Below are positions 30,201 to 39,164 of a stretch of 64,000 bases of DNA, piece after piece (the first letter of the stretch is position 1; every line of letters starts with the position of its first letter). The notes below the pieces were generated by a model. It was given only the letters and a program-made list of their open reading frames with translations. It ran no database searches and was not told where the DNA came from. A program made the translations under genes and the position numbers. The stretch is from positions 384,001 through 448,000 of the forward strand of contig CP045477.1 of NCBI GenBank assembly GCA_009392915.1, read 5' to 3'. The DNA comes from Candidatus Forterrea multitransposorum CG_2015-17_Forterrea_25_41. Its GTDB lineage: Archaea > Iainarchaeota > Iainarchaeia > Iainarchaeales > CSSED10-239.

Positions 30201-30260
30201 TTCTTCAAACCAAGAAAGTGCTTGGTTTTCCACATCTCCTTCTCTTAAAAATGATGTCAT
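27204..30260 (-). CDS. hsdR: Type I restriction enzyme R subunit (HsdR)
   Basis: SF2 helicase motifs TQGSGKS (I) and VVIVDEAHRSQ (II, DEAH) are present. The N-terminal nuclease region and C-terminal HsdR domain follow, over about 1018 aa. Confidence 0.9.
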   Translation of the reverse strand: MTSFLREGDVENQALSWFEEIGYTKLNGVDIAPDSQRPERDDFSQVLLNETLKRKISDINPNLPEDAKQEAIKKLQRIESQKLIENNKQIYKYLTEGITVQTRINGNLKWIKINLIDKDNINNNEFIALNQFTIKETEHTRRPDIILFINGIPVVLIELKNPTDENADIKKAYNQLQTYKQEIPTIFNYNQILVISDGTDTRVGTISSNLDRFMIWKTIYKDQASYLTQLEVLIRGMLNKETLLDLINNFIVYEADKDKTIKKIAAYHQYNATNNAVSSTIKAVKGKDKRAGVVWHTQGSGKSLTMLFYSGKVIQQLNNPTLLVLTDRNELDDQLFTTFSKCKDVLRQDPKQAEDREEIKRLLQVSSGGVIFSTIQKFSSENKGEVYPELSNRENIVVIVDEAHRSQYGFLEGFAKNLRDALPNATYIGFTGTPIEKSDKSTRNVFGENVDVYDISKAVEDKMTVPIYYESRLAKISLNPESQITLDKDFEYVTETEEKDTKEQLKSKWARIEKIIGHPERIKEIAKDIINHFQERQLGMPGKGIIVCMSRRICVDLYNEIIKIKPEWDNEDDKKGFLKVIMTGNATDPLDWQRHIRNSEKRREIGDVFKDPSSEIKLVIVRDMWLTGFDVPSLHTMYIDKPMKDHNLMQAIARVNRVFGEKQGGLIVDYISILTQLKEALGNYSPKDQQKVGINQEEAVNLLLNKYDVVKSLLYKFEYDLENKDTNYRMKLLINAMEHILKQEDGKKRFIDATINLLRAFSLAVPDKRALDLKEEIAFFQAIKSQFVKNTVTRNISQTELLEQNLNQLISKSIMSSGIMDVLKVAGLKRPDISILSEEFMLEIKNLPQKNLALEMYRKLLNDEIKSRFRKNIVKQRSFKEMIENIIKLYTNRSITTVEVIEELLKIAKEIKASEKKGEELDLSEDEVAFYDALSNNKSALDVLGDKQIVVIAKILTDTIKKNTTSVDWEIRETERAKIRVLVKRILSKYGYPPDMQAEAVKLVLEQAERICRDGIDG

Positions 30261-32140
30261 AATTTATCACAATTATTATTTTTAATAAAAACATATAATC
30301 TTTTTATTAATTCTTGAGTAATATTTGGTAAATCATTAAATTTTATTTCTTTATCAGTCATATATTTAATTGATTTTTTTGAAAATTCTAATTTAGAATT
30401 TATTTTTTTATATTTATTTGTATCTTGAATTGAATTAAATAAACTTGAATCTATTTTGTTATCTACAAATATATTTTGCCCTAATTCATCAGGAGTAAAA
30501 ACTTTATCTTTAAAACTAAAAATGTCATTAAAAATTTCACAAGGCAACAAATATTCTATTTCTTTATGATATGCCCAAAAATTAGAAGGTAAATTTTCAG
30601 ATAATATTTTTAATCTATTTCCTTTAATATTAATTTTTGGTTCAATAACATCATTTTCTGAATCTATAGATAAATATTTTTTACCAGTTAAAGGGTTATA
30701 ACCATCATTATCAGCAATAATAAAATTATTTTTATTAATTGCATCTACAGTAATTTTTAAATTATCTTCAATATCTAAAAAGTTAAAATGAACAATATTG
30801 CCTCCACCATATTCAATAAAAGAATAGTGTTTATCTTCATTAAATTTAATTAAACTTGAATCTGAATCAAAATATAATTCCAAATATTTTTTAATATATA
30901 GTCTATCAGATATCCCTTCTACCCAAATAATACAATTAGATAAAAATACAGATGAGTTACGTACTTCGAGTAAATCTAAAATATCCTTATTTTGAGTAGT
31001 ATTTTTAATTACAAAATTACTATTGTTTTTTTCAAATGAATAAATAGATTTATTATTATAATCAAGTGTAATATCTAAAAGATGATTGGAATGTGTAGTT
31101 ATAAATATTTGTGCATTTTTTGCAAATTCACTATTATATACTTCTAATAATTTTCTTTGCATCCCTGGATGTAATGTTAATTCTGGTTCTTCAATAAATA
31201 TTAATAAATTTTCATTAAAATATTTAAATAATGGAAAAGTACATATCATAATAGTCTGTAATCCATCTCCAAGTTCATAAATAGGTCTTTCAACATCATC
31301 AATTTGTATATACAGTACATCAGAATTAATATTAGGAATTAAATTTATGTGCCTATCATTAAAAAAAGATTTACTTAGAAAATCTTCATAATTTTTTATT
31401 AAATTTCTTTCTTTTTGACTTCCTAATAGCATTTTTTTAATATCCTCATATAAAGATAATCCTGTAAATATAAAACAATTGGGATATTTTGTATTAAAAT
31501 CAATAATATATTTATCAGAGTGATTTTCATTAAAATAATCGTATTTTGTTCTATCTTGATAACAATCAAAATCATTAAATAAAAAAGATTCACTAATTAA
31601 TTTTGATTTTTCATCAGAAGAATCATTTCTAATTATTGGTCTAAGACCTCTTAACATAGGAATATATAAATAAGTATATTTTTGATCTAATCCAACTGTT
31701 AGTTCATCTTTAGTTTTAATAAATTTATCTATAAATAGAGCTAATTCATTTGTTTTAATATTACCATTATAAGTAGTGACATCTCCATTAGTTGAAGTCT
31801 TTATATTTGTTTTAATTTCGTCGTGAAATTTTAAAGAAATAGACAGGTCAGAAACATATTCTATATCTTTATATTTTAAAGGAATATTTAACACTTCAGT
31901 ATTAGGTAATTTATCTATATTAGGATATTTTCTAATTAATTCTTTAGAAATATTTTCATACATATTATATACTTCTAAGGTTTTTACTGTATTATAAGTA
32001 GTTTTTTTACTAAATATATGTCTTAATAATCTACTCTTTCCAGAATTATTTCCACCTACAAAAATATTTAGTTTTGATAAACTATTAATAGTATCTGGAT
32101 AACCTTCAAAATTTAATTTAATATTTTTAATTAATTCCAT
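30257..32140 (-). CDS. OLD-family ATP-dependent nuclease (ABC-type ATPase plus Toprim), embedded between hsdS and hsdR
   Basis: Walker A is IFVGGNNSGKSRLL. Walker B and H-loop are LLIFIEEPELTLHP. The Toprim Glu is in CIIWVEGISDRLYI and the Toprim DxD is FIIADNDGYNP. Translationally coupled (ATGA overlaps) on both sides. Confidence 0.7.
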   Translation of the reverse strand: MELIKNIKLNFEGYPDTINSLSKLNIFVGGNNSGKSRLLRHIFSKKTTYNTVKTLEVYNMYENISKELIRKYPNIDKLPNTEVLNIPLKYKDIEYVSDLSISLKFHDEIKTNIKTSTNGDVTTYNGNIKTNELALFIDKFIKTKDELTVGLDQKYTYLYIPMLRGLRPIIRNDSSDEKSKLISESFLFNDFDCYQDRTKYDYFNENHSDKYIIDFNTKYPNCFIFTGLSLYEDIKKMLLGSQKERNLIKNYEDFLSKSFFNDRHINLIPNINSDVLYIQIDDVERPIYELGDGLQTIMICTFPLFKYFNENLLIFIEEPELTLHPGMQRKLLEVYNSEFAKNAQIFITTHSNHLLDITLDYNNKSIYSFEKNNSNFVIKNTTQNKDILDLLEVRNSSVFLSNCIIWVEGISDRLYIKKYLELYFDSDSSLIKFNEDKHYSFIEYGGGNIVHFNFLDIEDNLKITVDAINKNNFIIADNDGYNPLTGKKYLSIDSENDVIEPKINIKGNRLKILSENLPSNFWAYHKEIEYLLPCEIFNDIFSFKDKVFTPDELGQNIFVDNKIDSSLFNSIQDTNKYKKINSKLEFSKKSIKYMTDKEIKFNDLPNITQELIKRLYVFIKNNNCDKL

Positions 32141-33432
32141 TAATATTTCACCCTTATTTTTCCAGACATTAATTTAGGTAATAATAAATCTCTTATTTCA
32201 GATAATTTCTTATTTTGCCTTTTATTTTCTGAAATTTTAATAAATGTACTTCTGATCATTGAATTATATTTTTTCAATATTTCATTTGATGGATTCAATA
32301 TCTGTATTTTCTGAATGTTTTCATTATTAATTGCTTGCATTGTTGTACCATTACATAAGTTATTTTTTATTATTTCAAAATCATCATTTAATACAAAATT
32401 CCAAATATAATACAAAGCATTTTCTTTTATGTCTAACCCAGCAAATCCAGTAGATAAAATTAAATTTTCTAATTCCCAAGCGCTATACTTATCAAAATAA
32501 GTTATTTTTTTACTATTTTTCATTTTAGCAAACCACACTGTATTCTCTTTAGGTTGCATATTTGCTCTTGATGGTCTTTTTATAAATGTAATTTTAGTAT
32601 TATAATTTATTATTTCAGAATTATCTATATCTGCAGTTGCAACATATGTTTTTTCATCAAAGTCTTCTGTACCAACCTTTGTAAAAGACGTTAGATTATT
32701 GTCTCCTAAATGCCCAACATCCCATCCTTTAGGTATTTCTTTTTTTAATTCTTTATTATAAACCATTTCTCCTCCACTAGATTTATAAGGTTCTCCTTTT
32801 TCATTTGGAAATTCAAAATCAACAAACCATCTTTTAAATAAAGTTTTTCCTATTTCTTCAAGTGTTTGATTCATTTTTCTGTTTAGTTCTATTTTTTCAT
32901 CTAAATCAGAAAGGATTTTTGCAATTTTTAACATTTCATTATTATTTTTTGGAACTATAACTAGTAATTTTTTAATATCCCCTAAACTAAGTGTTTTTTG
33001 TGTAGAACCACCAACATTTTTTTCAATTTGATTTAAAATATATTTAGAATTTAAGGCATAATATAAAAAATAACTGTTTATATTCGGGTTAATTATCACC
33101 GTATTTTGCCCTAAACAAAATAATTCTGTTGTATTTACAAAACTTGTAATTCCATATGTTCCAACCCTAGTCATTATGATATCATTTTGCTTTGGGATAT
33201 AATTTTTAGTAAATTCATCATAAATAGATTTAGTAACTTTTAATGTATTTGATAAATCTAAACTACCTGATTTCACATCAGTTACTCTTACCATTGATAT
33301 TCCTTTATTAACATAAATTGGAGTTTTATGACAAGAATCAATAACTATAGATATATCATTTAATGATTTAACGTCCCAATCTTTAGGAATTAATCCAATT
33401 TCTGTTTTTTTAAATTTTATTTTATTAATCAT
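32140..33432 (-). CDS. hsdS: Type I restriction-modification specificity subunit (HsdS), two target-recognition domains
   Basis: The conserved central and C-terminal coiled-coil blocks (LSDLDEKIELNRKMNQTLEEIGKTLFKRWFVDFEFP ... LSEIRDLLLPKLMSGKIRV) are typical of HsdS. Confidence 0.85.
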   Translation of the reverse strand: MINKIKFKKTEIGLIPKDWDVKSLNDISIVIDSCHKTPIYVNKGISMVRVTDVKSGSLDLSNTLKVTKSIYDEFTKNYIPKQNDIIMTRVGTYGITSFVNTTELFCLGQNTVIINPNINSYFLYYALNSKYILNQIEKNVGGSTQKTLSLGDIKKLLVIVPKNNNEMLKIAKILSDLDEKIELNRKMNQTLEEIGKTLFKRWFVDFEFPNEKGEPYKSSGGEMVYNKELKKEIPKGWDVGHLGDNNLTSFTKVGTEDFDEKTYVATADIDNSEIINYNTKITFIKRPSRANMQPKENTVWFAKMKNSKKITYFDKYSAWELENLILSTGFAGLDIKENALYYIWNFVLNDDFEIIKNNLCNGTTMQAINNENIQKIQILNPSNEILKKYNSMIRSTFIKISENKRQNKKLSEIRDLLLPKLMSGKIRVKY

Positions 33433-34400
33433 AATATTTCCAATTTATGTTCTGAATTAACAATTTCATAAAAATCATTAATATAAGTAATTATGTTTAA
33501 ATATATCGTATTATTTTTTACATCTGATACTTCTATGTGAGAAGTTATTTCAAAAATAGATCCTGTTCTTGTTTCTTCAGGAATATTAATATTCTCAGAA
33601 TACTCTAAAATTCTAAAATTTTTAATTTTAACTTTATCTTCTCCAATTTCAATTTGATTTAATTTAGACATATAATCATTAATATAACTTTTAAAATCAT
33701 ATGAATTGCTAAATTCCTCAATTGAATTAATAAAATTTTCTTCAGGATAAATATTATCTAATTTAATAAATAAACCATCACCTATCGGTTCTATAACTAT
33801 ATCTTTATTAAATAACTCTTTAAATTCTAATGCACAATTTTTATTAAATCCTAAATCCCTTGTAATTAAAAATACATTTTCATAATCATCAAAATCTTGA
33901 GATAATATTGTCTCCCATATCAAGGCATCTTTAAAACCAGAATCAGATTTTTTATCTTTATTAAAAGGAGACTTTTTTTCTAATGCTCTTATTTTTAGAT
34001 CATTAAATTTTTGAAAAATTAAATCATCAGAAATTTTTAAAATTTTTATTTTGTTTTCAAAAATATAATTTCCAATTTTATCCAAAATAAAATCTTTTAT
34101 ATTAAAATCATCTGAAATTTTAAATAAGTTAATTTTCGAATCAATATAAGCATATCTTTTTTTAATGTCACCTAATTTTCTGCTATCGGATTTAAAACAA
34201 TCTCTTCTTTGTTTTTCTAATTCAAATAAAGTTATATCTGTTATTGATAATTTAATATATTCAAACAAATTTTTTTTAAAAATATAATCATACAATTTTT
34301 TAAAATCATTATTAAATGTAAAAGTATGATAATAAATATTATCACTACTATTTTCTTTTAACACATTTGTATCAAAAATAATTATTGTTTTTGGCATCAT
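33429..34400 (-). CDS. PIN-like domain protein (uncharacterised), first gene of the insert between hsdS and hsdM
   Basis: PIN-like acidic positions are present: IIIFDTNVL (D), TLFELEK (E), DALIWETIL (D/E) and FLITRDLGF (D). An extra C-terminal domain of about 130 aa follows. Start and stop overlap neighbours by 4 bp. Confidence 0.4.
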   Translation of the reverse strand: MMPKTIIIFDTNVLKENSSDNIYYHTFTFNNDFKKLYDYIFKKNLFEYIKLSITDITLFELEKQRRDCFKSDSRKLGDIKKRYAYIDSKINLFKISDDFNIKDFILDKIGNYIFENKIKILKISDDLIFQKFNDLKIRALEKKSPFNKDKKSDSGFKDALIWETILSQDFDDYENVFLITRDLGFNKNCALEFKELFNKDIVIEPIGDGLFIKLDNIYPEENFINSIEEFSNSYDFKSYINDYMSKLNQIEIGEDKVKIKNFRILEYSENINIPEETRTGSIFEITSHIEVSDVKNNTIYLNIITYINDFYEIVNSEHKLEIL

Positions 34401-34879
34401 TTAAAATCAAATATTTTCTTTTTATTAGAATAATTAATTATTATTTTATATTTTAAATTGTTTTCTAAATTCATCTCTTTTTCAAAATTTTCTTTTGAAC
34501 TATAATTTAATTTAACTAATATTTTATCAGTGTGATTTGGTTGTAATAGAAATGGAAATATAACTGGTTTATATGATGGTAGAGGATAACTTGTTTTTAA
34601 ACCAACACCCAAACTTACAGATTCAGATACATTCAAATAAACTGAATTAGGCATAAATTTAGTTTTATTATGATATAATTCCATCTTCTTAATTGTAGTT
34701 GGTCTTTGACCAACATTACTTAAATAAAAATAAATCCAAATTTCATTTTCATCCATCTTAACTTCTAAAACTTCTTTTTCAACATATAATTTAGGTTTAT
34801 TTTTACTTTCTATATAAAAAGATAATAATATACCTAATATTGCAACTATTAAACCCAATATACTAATTATATATTCCAT
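34397..34879 (-). CDS. Small single-pass membrane protein (N-terminal TM plus beta-rich domain), RM-embedded
   Basis: MEYIISILGLIVAILGILLSFYI is the TM helix. It has weak similarity to the 26567..27220 product. Confidence 0.4.
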   Translation of the reverse strand: MEYIISILGLIVAILGILLSFYIESKNKPKLYVEKEVLEVKMDENEIWIYFYLSNVGQRPTTIKKMELYHNKTKFMPNSVYLNVSESVSLGVGLKTSYPLPSYKPVIFPFLLQPNHTDKILVKLNYSSKENFEKEMNLENNLKYKIIINYSNKKKIFDFK

Positions 34880-35370
34880 TAGTTATCATTTTTCTTTTTA
34901 AACTTTCTAATTAATGCTAATAATAGTTCTTGTTTAAAAAATATTATACTTAGTAATTCTATACCAAAAGCAATATTTAAAACAACAGATAATTTAAAAT
35001 TATTAATTATTGTTTTGTAAATACTTATTTGACTATTTTCTATATTTTCAAATTTTTGATTTAAATTAGTTATTTGATACTGTATAATATTATAATCATT
35101 TTTTATTTCTTCAAAATCTTTTTTAGTTATATTTTCTGTTATTAATTTGTTATAGTCAGACTGACAATTTTTTAGTTGTGAACTAATCTGTATTATATTG
35201 TTATTTAATGTAATTTTATTTAATTCACAATTATTTAATTTATCTACAATAGGTTTACATTTATCCTCTGATAATAAACCAAACAATCCTTGTATAATTG
35301 GAATAAATATCATCACAATTATAAACACAACTAAAATACCTCCAATTATTGCAAATGGATTATCCGCCAT
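34879..35370 (-). CDS. Small membrane protein with N- and C-terminal TM helices flanking a coiled-coil segment, RM-embedded
   Basis: AIIGGILVVFIIVMIFIPII is the N-terminal TM and VVLNIAFGIELLSIIFF the C-terminal TM. The middle is heptad-like and N/Q/K/E-rich. Confidence 0.4.
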   Translation of the reverse strand: MADNPFAIIGGILVVFIIVMIFIPIIQGLFGLLSEDKCKPIVDKLNNCELNKITLNNNIIQISSQLKNCQSDYNKLITENITKKDFEEIKNDYNIIQYQITNLNQKFENIENSQISIYKTIINNFKLSVVLNIAFGIELLSIIFFKQELLLALIRKFKKKNDN

Positions 35371-35372
35371 AT

Positions 35373-36890
35373 CTATTTCACCTCAAAGCCGATTCCTTTA
35401 AGATTTTTCTTAATCTCTTCTTCTAATTTCTTAGATTCTTTAAATTGTTCGCTTAATTCTTTTGTAAGGCGAGTCATCTTTTCTTGAAAAACTTCAGGAT
35501 CTTCCTCTTCTTCCTTAAAACCAACGTAACGGCCAGGTGTAAGAATAAAGTCTTGCTTTTCAATCTCTTCAAGAGAGGCTGATTTACAAAAAGAAAGCTC
35601 ATCTTGATAACTTTTTTTGTTTATCGGGTCTTTTGACCTCCAAAGAGAAACAGTTTCTGAAATTTTTGTAAAATCTTCTTCAGTGAGTTCTCTTTGTCTT
35701 CTGTTAATCATTTGTCCAAGATTTCTAGCATCAATAAAAAGAGTTTCTCCTTTTCTATGTGCAGGTTTATTTCTATTAACAAACCAAAGACAAGCAGGAA
35801 TCATTGTATTATAAAATAATTGAGATGGAAGAGCAATAATACACTCTACAAGATCATCTTTAAGTATATTTTTTCTAATTTCTCCTTCTCCAGAAGTATT
35901 AGAACTTAAAGAACCGTTTGAAAGAACAAAACCAGCAATTCCTTTAGATCCTAAATGATAAATAAAATGTTGAACCCATGCAAAATTAGCGTTCCCTGCA
36001 GGAGGAACTCCATATTTCCAACGAGCATCCTCTCTTAATAGATCTCCAGACCAGTCTGAATCATTAAAAGGAGGATTTGCAATTATAAAATCAGCTCTTA
36101 AGTCTTTATGTTCATCATTTAGAAAACTACCTTCATTATTCCAAACAACTTTATTATCAATACCTCTTATTGCAAGATTCATTTTACATAATTTCCAAGT
36201 TGTTTGATTAGATTCTTGACCATAAATAGATATTTGACCTATTTTTCCACCATGTTTTTCAACAAACTCTTCAGATTGAACAAACATTCCTCCAGAACCA
36301 CAACAAGGGTCAAATATTCTTCCTTTAAAAGGTTGTATTATTTCAACTAATAATTTAACAATAGATTTAGGAGTATAGAATTGGCCTCCTTTTTTTCCTT
36401 CAGCAGAAGCAAATTGTCCTAAGAAATATTCATATACTCTTCCTAAGATATCTTTACTATTATCTTTAGAATTAAAAGAAATTGTTCCTATAAGATCAAT
36501 TAACGCTCCTAATTTTGTTTTATCTAAAGATGGTTTTGAATAATCTTTTGGAAGTATTCCTTTAAGTGTTGGATTTTCTTTTTCAATTAAATCCATTGAA
36601 TCATCAATAATTCTTCCAATTTCTATATTTTTTGCATTATCTTGAAGATATTCCCATCTTGCTTTTTTTGGAACATAAAATACTCTTTGAGAGACATATT
36701 CATCTTTATCTTCTGGGTCTGCATATTCTTCTTCTTTTAGTTTAGTATATAGTTCTTCAAAAGAATCAGATATATATTTTAAAAATATTAAACCTAAAAC
36801 TACATGTTTATATTCTGCAGCATCCATATTACTTCTTAATTTATCTGCTGCTTTCCAAAGCTTTTCTTCAAATCCTAAATCTTGAGTCAT
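35373..36890 (-). CDS. hsdM: Type I restriction-modification DNA N6-adenine methyltransferase (HsdM)
   Basis: The HsdM N-terminal domain is present. Motif I is [13 protein letters not shown] and motif IV is IIANPPFN. Confidence 0.9.
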   Translation of the reverse strand: MTQDLGFEEKLWKAADKLRSNMDAAEYKHVVLGLIFLKYISDSFEELYTKLKEEEYADPEDKDEYVSQRVFYVPKKARWEYLQDNAKNIEIGRIIDDSMDLIEKENPTLKGILPKDYSKPSLDKTKLGALIDLIGTISFNSKDNSKDILGRVYEYFLGQFASAEGKKGGQFYTPKSIVKLLVEIIQPFKGRIFDPCCGSGGMFVQSEEFVEKHGGKIGQISIYGQESNQTTWKLCKMNLAIRGIDNKVVWNNEGSFLNDEHKDLRADFIIANPPFNDSDWSGDLLREDARWKYGVPPAGNANFAWVQHFIYHLGSKGIAGFVLSNGSLSSNTSGEGEIRKNILKDDLVECIIALPSQLFYNTMIPACLWFVNRNKPAHRKGETLFIDARNLGQMINRRQRELTEEDFTKISETVSLWRSKDPINKKSYQDELSFCKSASLEEIEKQDFILTPGRYVGFKEEEEDPEVFQEKMTRLTKELSEQFKESKKLEEEIKKNLKGIGFEVK

Positions 36891-36960
36891 AATTAATCTC
36901 TTCTTTTATATAAATATAATATACATCTAAACACTTTTAAAGGTATTATGTATTAAAAAA

Positions 36961-37347
36961 CTATTCAAATCTAATCTCTTTTCTATCATCTTCTATTGCT
37001 TGTTTTATTTTATTATATTCTTCTTCACTTAACTCTATTATATTACTATAAGTATAATCTTCCTTTGCAAGCTTAAATCTTTCTTGTAAAGAACGTGCAC
37101 CAAGACCTTTATTAGATAAAAGTAATAAAGAAAGTTTAATCTGATAAGGATATGGTTTTTTCCAAGAAGTAAATTCATTGTCTACTTTTTTAATAACTTT
37201 AAATATTCCAAAAATTACTCCTTGACCATAATATACAATAATATCATCTAAATTAACTAAATCTCTTTCATTTTTGTCTATAAAACCACAATATTCTTTT
37301 GTTTTAACAAAAGATTCCCAAGAATGGTTAATTAAGTAATATTTCAT
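36961..37347 (-). CDS. PUA-like EVE-domain protein (tentative)
   Basis: A 128-aa protein starting MKYYLINHSWESF..., with DDIIVYYGQGVIFGIFKV resembling the EVE beta-barrel core. It lies 70 bp upstream of the hsdM start. Confidence 0.35.
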   Translation of the reverse strand: MKYYLINHSWESFVKTKEYCGFIDKNERDLVNLDDIIVYYGQGVIFGIFKVIKKVDNEFTSWKKPYPYQIKLSLLLLSNKGLGARSLQERFKLAKEDYTYSNIIELSEEEYNKIKQAIEDDRKEIRFE

Positions 37348-37349
37348 TT

Positions 37350-38729
37350 TTAATCATATCTAAATCCATATTTTTCAGTTAATTTTTGCCATTCATCATG
37401 ATATTTTTTCCATTCATTATATTCAAATTCATCTAATACCTGGCCAGAACCATAACTATCTAATTTATTTTGCAAAAATTTTAATCTCAAATTATCATCA
37501 TATTCTTCTTTAACACTTTCAAAAGATTTACCTTCAGAAACAACATAAATATTTGGCTTTGAAATTAATTTACCTACTCCAATATAATCTCCATCACTAT
37601 CTGTAATAATACTTGGAGTTGTTGTTTCTATAAAACAATAACCAGAATTATTATAAGAATATTTAATTGGGCATTTTAATCCTATTGAAGCATGCTGCTC
37701 TAATTCAAAACTAAAAATTGCAACACCATAACCTAACTCTTTTAACATTAATGCAAGTAAATTTGTTTTATCCCCACAAACTCCTGTTTGATCATATAAT
37801 GTTTCATAAGCATATCTATTACTATAATTATGATTAAAAGAATCCCAATCATAAGGCATTGTTTGAACTAAACTGATTGCAATCCTTGCTTGATCATCAG
37901 TATTATTTGTTATTTTTTTAATTTCATTAATTAATGGTAGAATATATCTTTCTTGATCTTCAGTATTAACATACATTAATGACATATATTCAGAAGTAGG
38001 AGGAGATTCATAAGAAGAATAAGTTACTGTTCGAGGTAAATTTGACAAATAATAATTAAACCCATTATAGACAGTGTAATTAAAACTATTAGGTACACCT
38101 CTTAGAGTATAATTTAACTTAATTGGCTTAGGTTCAGTTTGCAATTTATGTAAACACTTCCCATTAATATAAATTTCATCTATATCACATAAACATTTTT
38201 CAGGAAACTCAATTAAATTACCTTTCTGACAAAAATAAGGCTTAATATTTGAACAATTATTATATAAAGTACCATCTTCACACCTATTAATAACAAAATT
38301 AAATAATAAATTCATAATTATATAAATTAGAATAATAATAATAACAATATTTCTTAATTGTTTAAATCTAATTTTTTTAAGTAAATGAATAACTAAAGTT
38401 AAAATTAAACTATTTAGTAAAATTATTATAAAAAAGTTAAAACTAACCTTTAATAATAGATAATTAAAACTTAATAAAATAATAACATAAACTAAAGTCC
38501 ATATAAATAAATAAAAATTAAATCTAAATTTATTTTTATAAATTATAACAGTTATTATGCGTGAAAATAAACTAAATATGATTGCTATAAATACTAATTT
38601 AGTGGTATTATTAACAATATTTAATAAATTTAAAAATAAAGAAGATAAATAATATAATAGACTATAAATTAATATCCAAAATAGAAACCAGTAAGATTTA
38701 TAAAATCTAAAAATATTATTATTTCTCAT
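37350..38729 (-). CDS. Polytopic membrane protein with C-terminal transglutaminase-like cysteine-protease domain
   Basis: About six N-terminal TM helices and a Cys-rich linker precede the domain. GVCGDKTNLLALMLKELGYGVAIF (Cys), EQHASIGL (His) and CFIETT follow. Confidence 0.45.
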   Translation of the reverse strand: MRNNNIFRFYKSYWFLFWILIYSLLYYLSSLFLNLLNIVNNTTKLVFIAIIFSLFSRIITVIIYKNKFRFNFYLFIWTLVYVIILLSFNYLLLKVSFNFFIIILLNSLILTLVIHLLKKIRFKQLRNIVIIIILIYIIMNLLFNFVINRCEDGTLYNNCSNIKPYFCQKGNLIEFPEKCLCDIDEIYINGKCLHKLQTEPKPIKLNYTLRGVPNSFNYTVYNGFNYYLSNLPRTVTYSSYESPPTSEYMSLMYVNTEDQERYILPLINEIKKITNNTDDQARIAISLVQTMPYDWDSFNHNYSNRYAYETLYDQTGVCGDKTNLLALMLKELGYGVAIFSFELEQHASIGLKCPIKYSYNNSGYCFIETTTPSIITDSDGDYIGVGKLISKPNIYVVSEGKSFESVKEEYDDNLRLKFLQNKLDSYGSGQVLDEFEYNEWKKYHDEWQKLTEKYGFRYD

Positions 38730-38746
38730 TTTATCACATTAATATT

Positions 38747-39094
38747 TCAATGTCTTTTTTTAATTGATCTTTTAGAAATATTAGAACTTCTATATCTTAC
38801 AGGTTTACTTTTTCTATAAGAATCTTTTAAAACAGAATCACTTTCATTTTTTAAATCATGAATAGTTGGTTCTTTATAACCTAACTGCTTTAAAGCAGAA
38901 TCAAATATCTTTGTAAAGCTTAAGTTATTCTCTTGTACAAATCTTTCTTGACTTTTTGTAATTCTCATATTTATTCTTATATTTCTTCTTTCTGGAGAAG
39001 TATCTCTTTTTACATCTTCTATATTCATATAAATCAATCCCTTAAATACACTTTTCCCAATCAAGAGCATAGTGTATATACAACTTTGACACAA
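38747..39094 (-). CDS. Small basic protein, possibly ribbon-helix-helix DNA-binding (true start probably the internal Met at MNIEDVK...)
   Basis: RNIRINMRITKSQERFVQENNLSFTKIFDSALKQL fits a beta-alpha-alpha RHH pattern. Weak. Confidence 0.3.
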   Translation of the reverse strand: MCQSCIYTMLLIGKSVFKGLIYMNIEDVKRDTSPERRNIRINMRITKSQERFVQENNLSFTKIFDSALKQLGYKEPTIHDLKNESDSVLKDSYRKSKPVRYRSSNISKRSIKKRH

Positions 39095-39164
39095 CGAGTT
39101 TATAAATAGATCGATTACACTAAAATATAATAAAAAGAGAAGATTAAAAAATAAATCTTATCTA

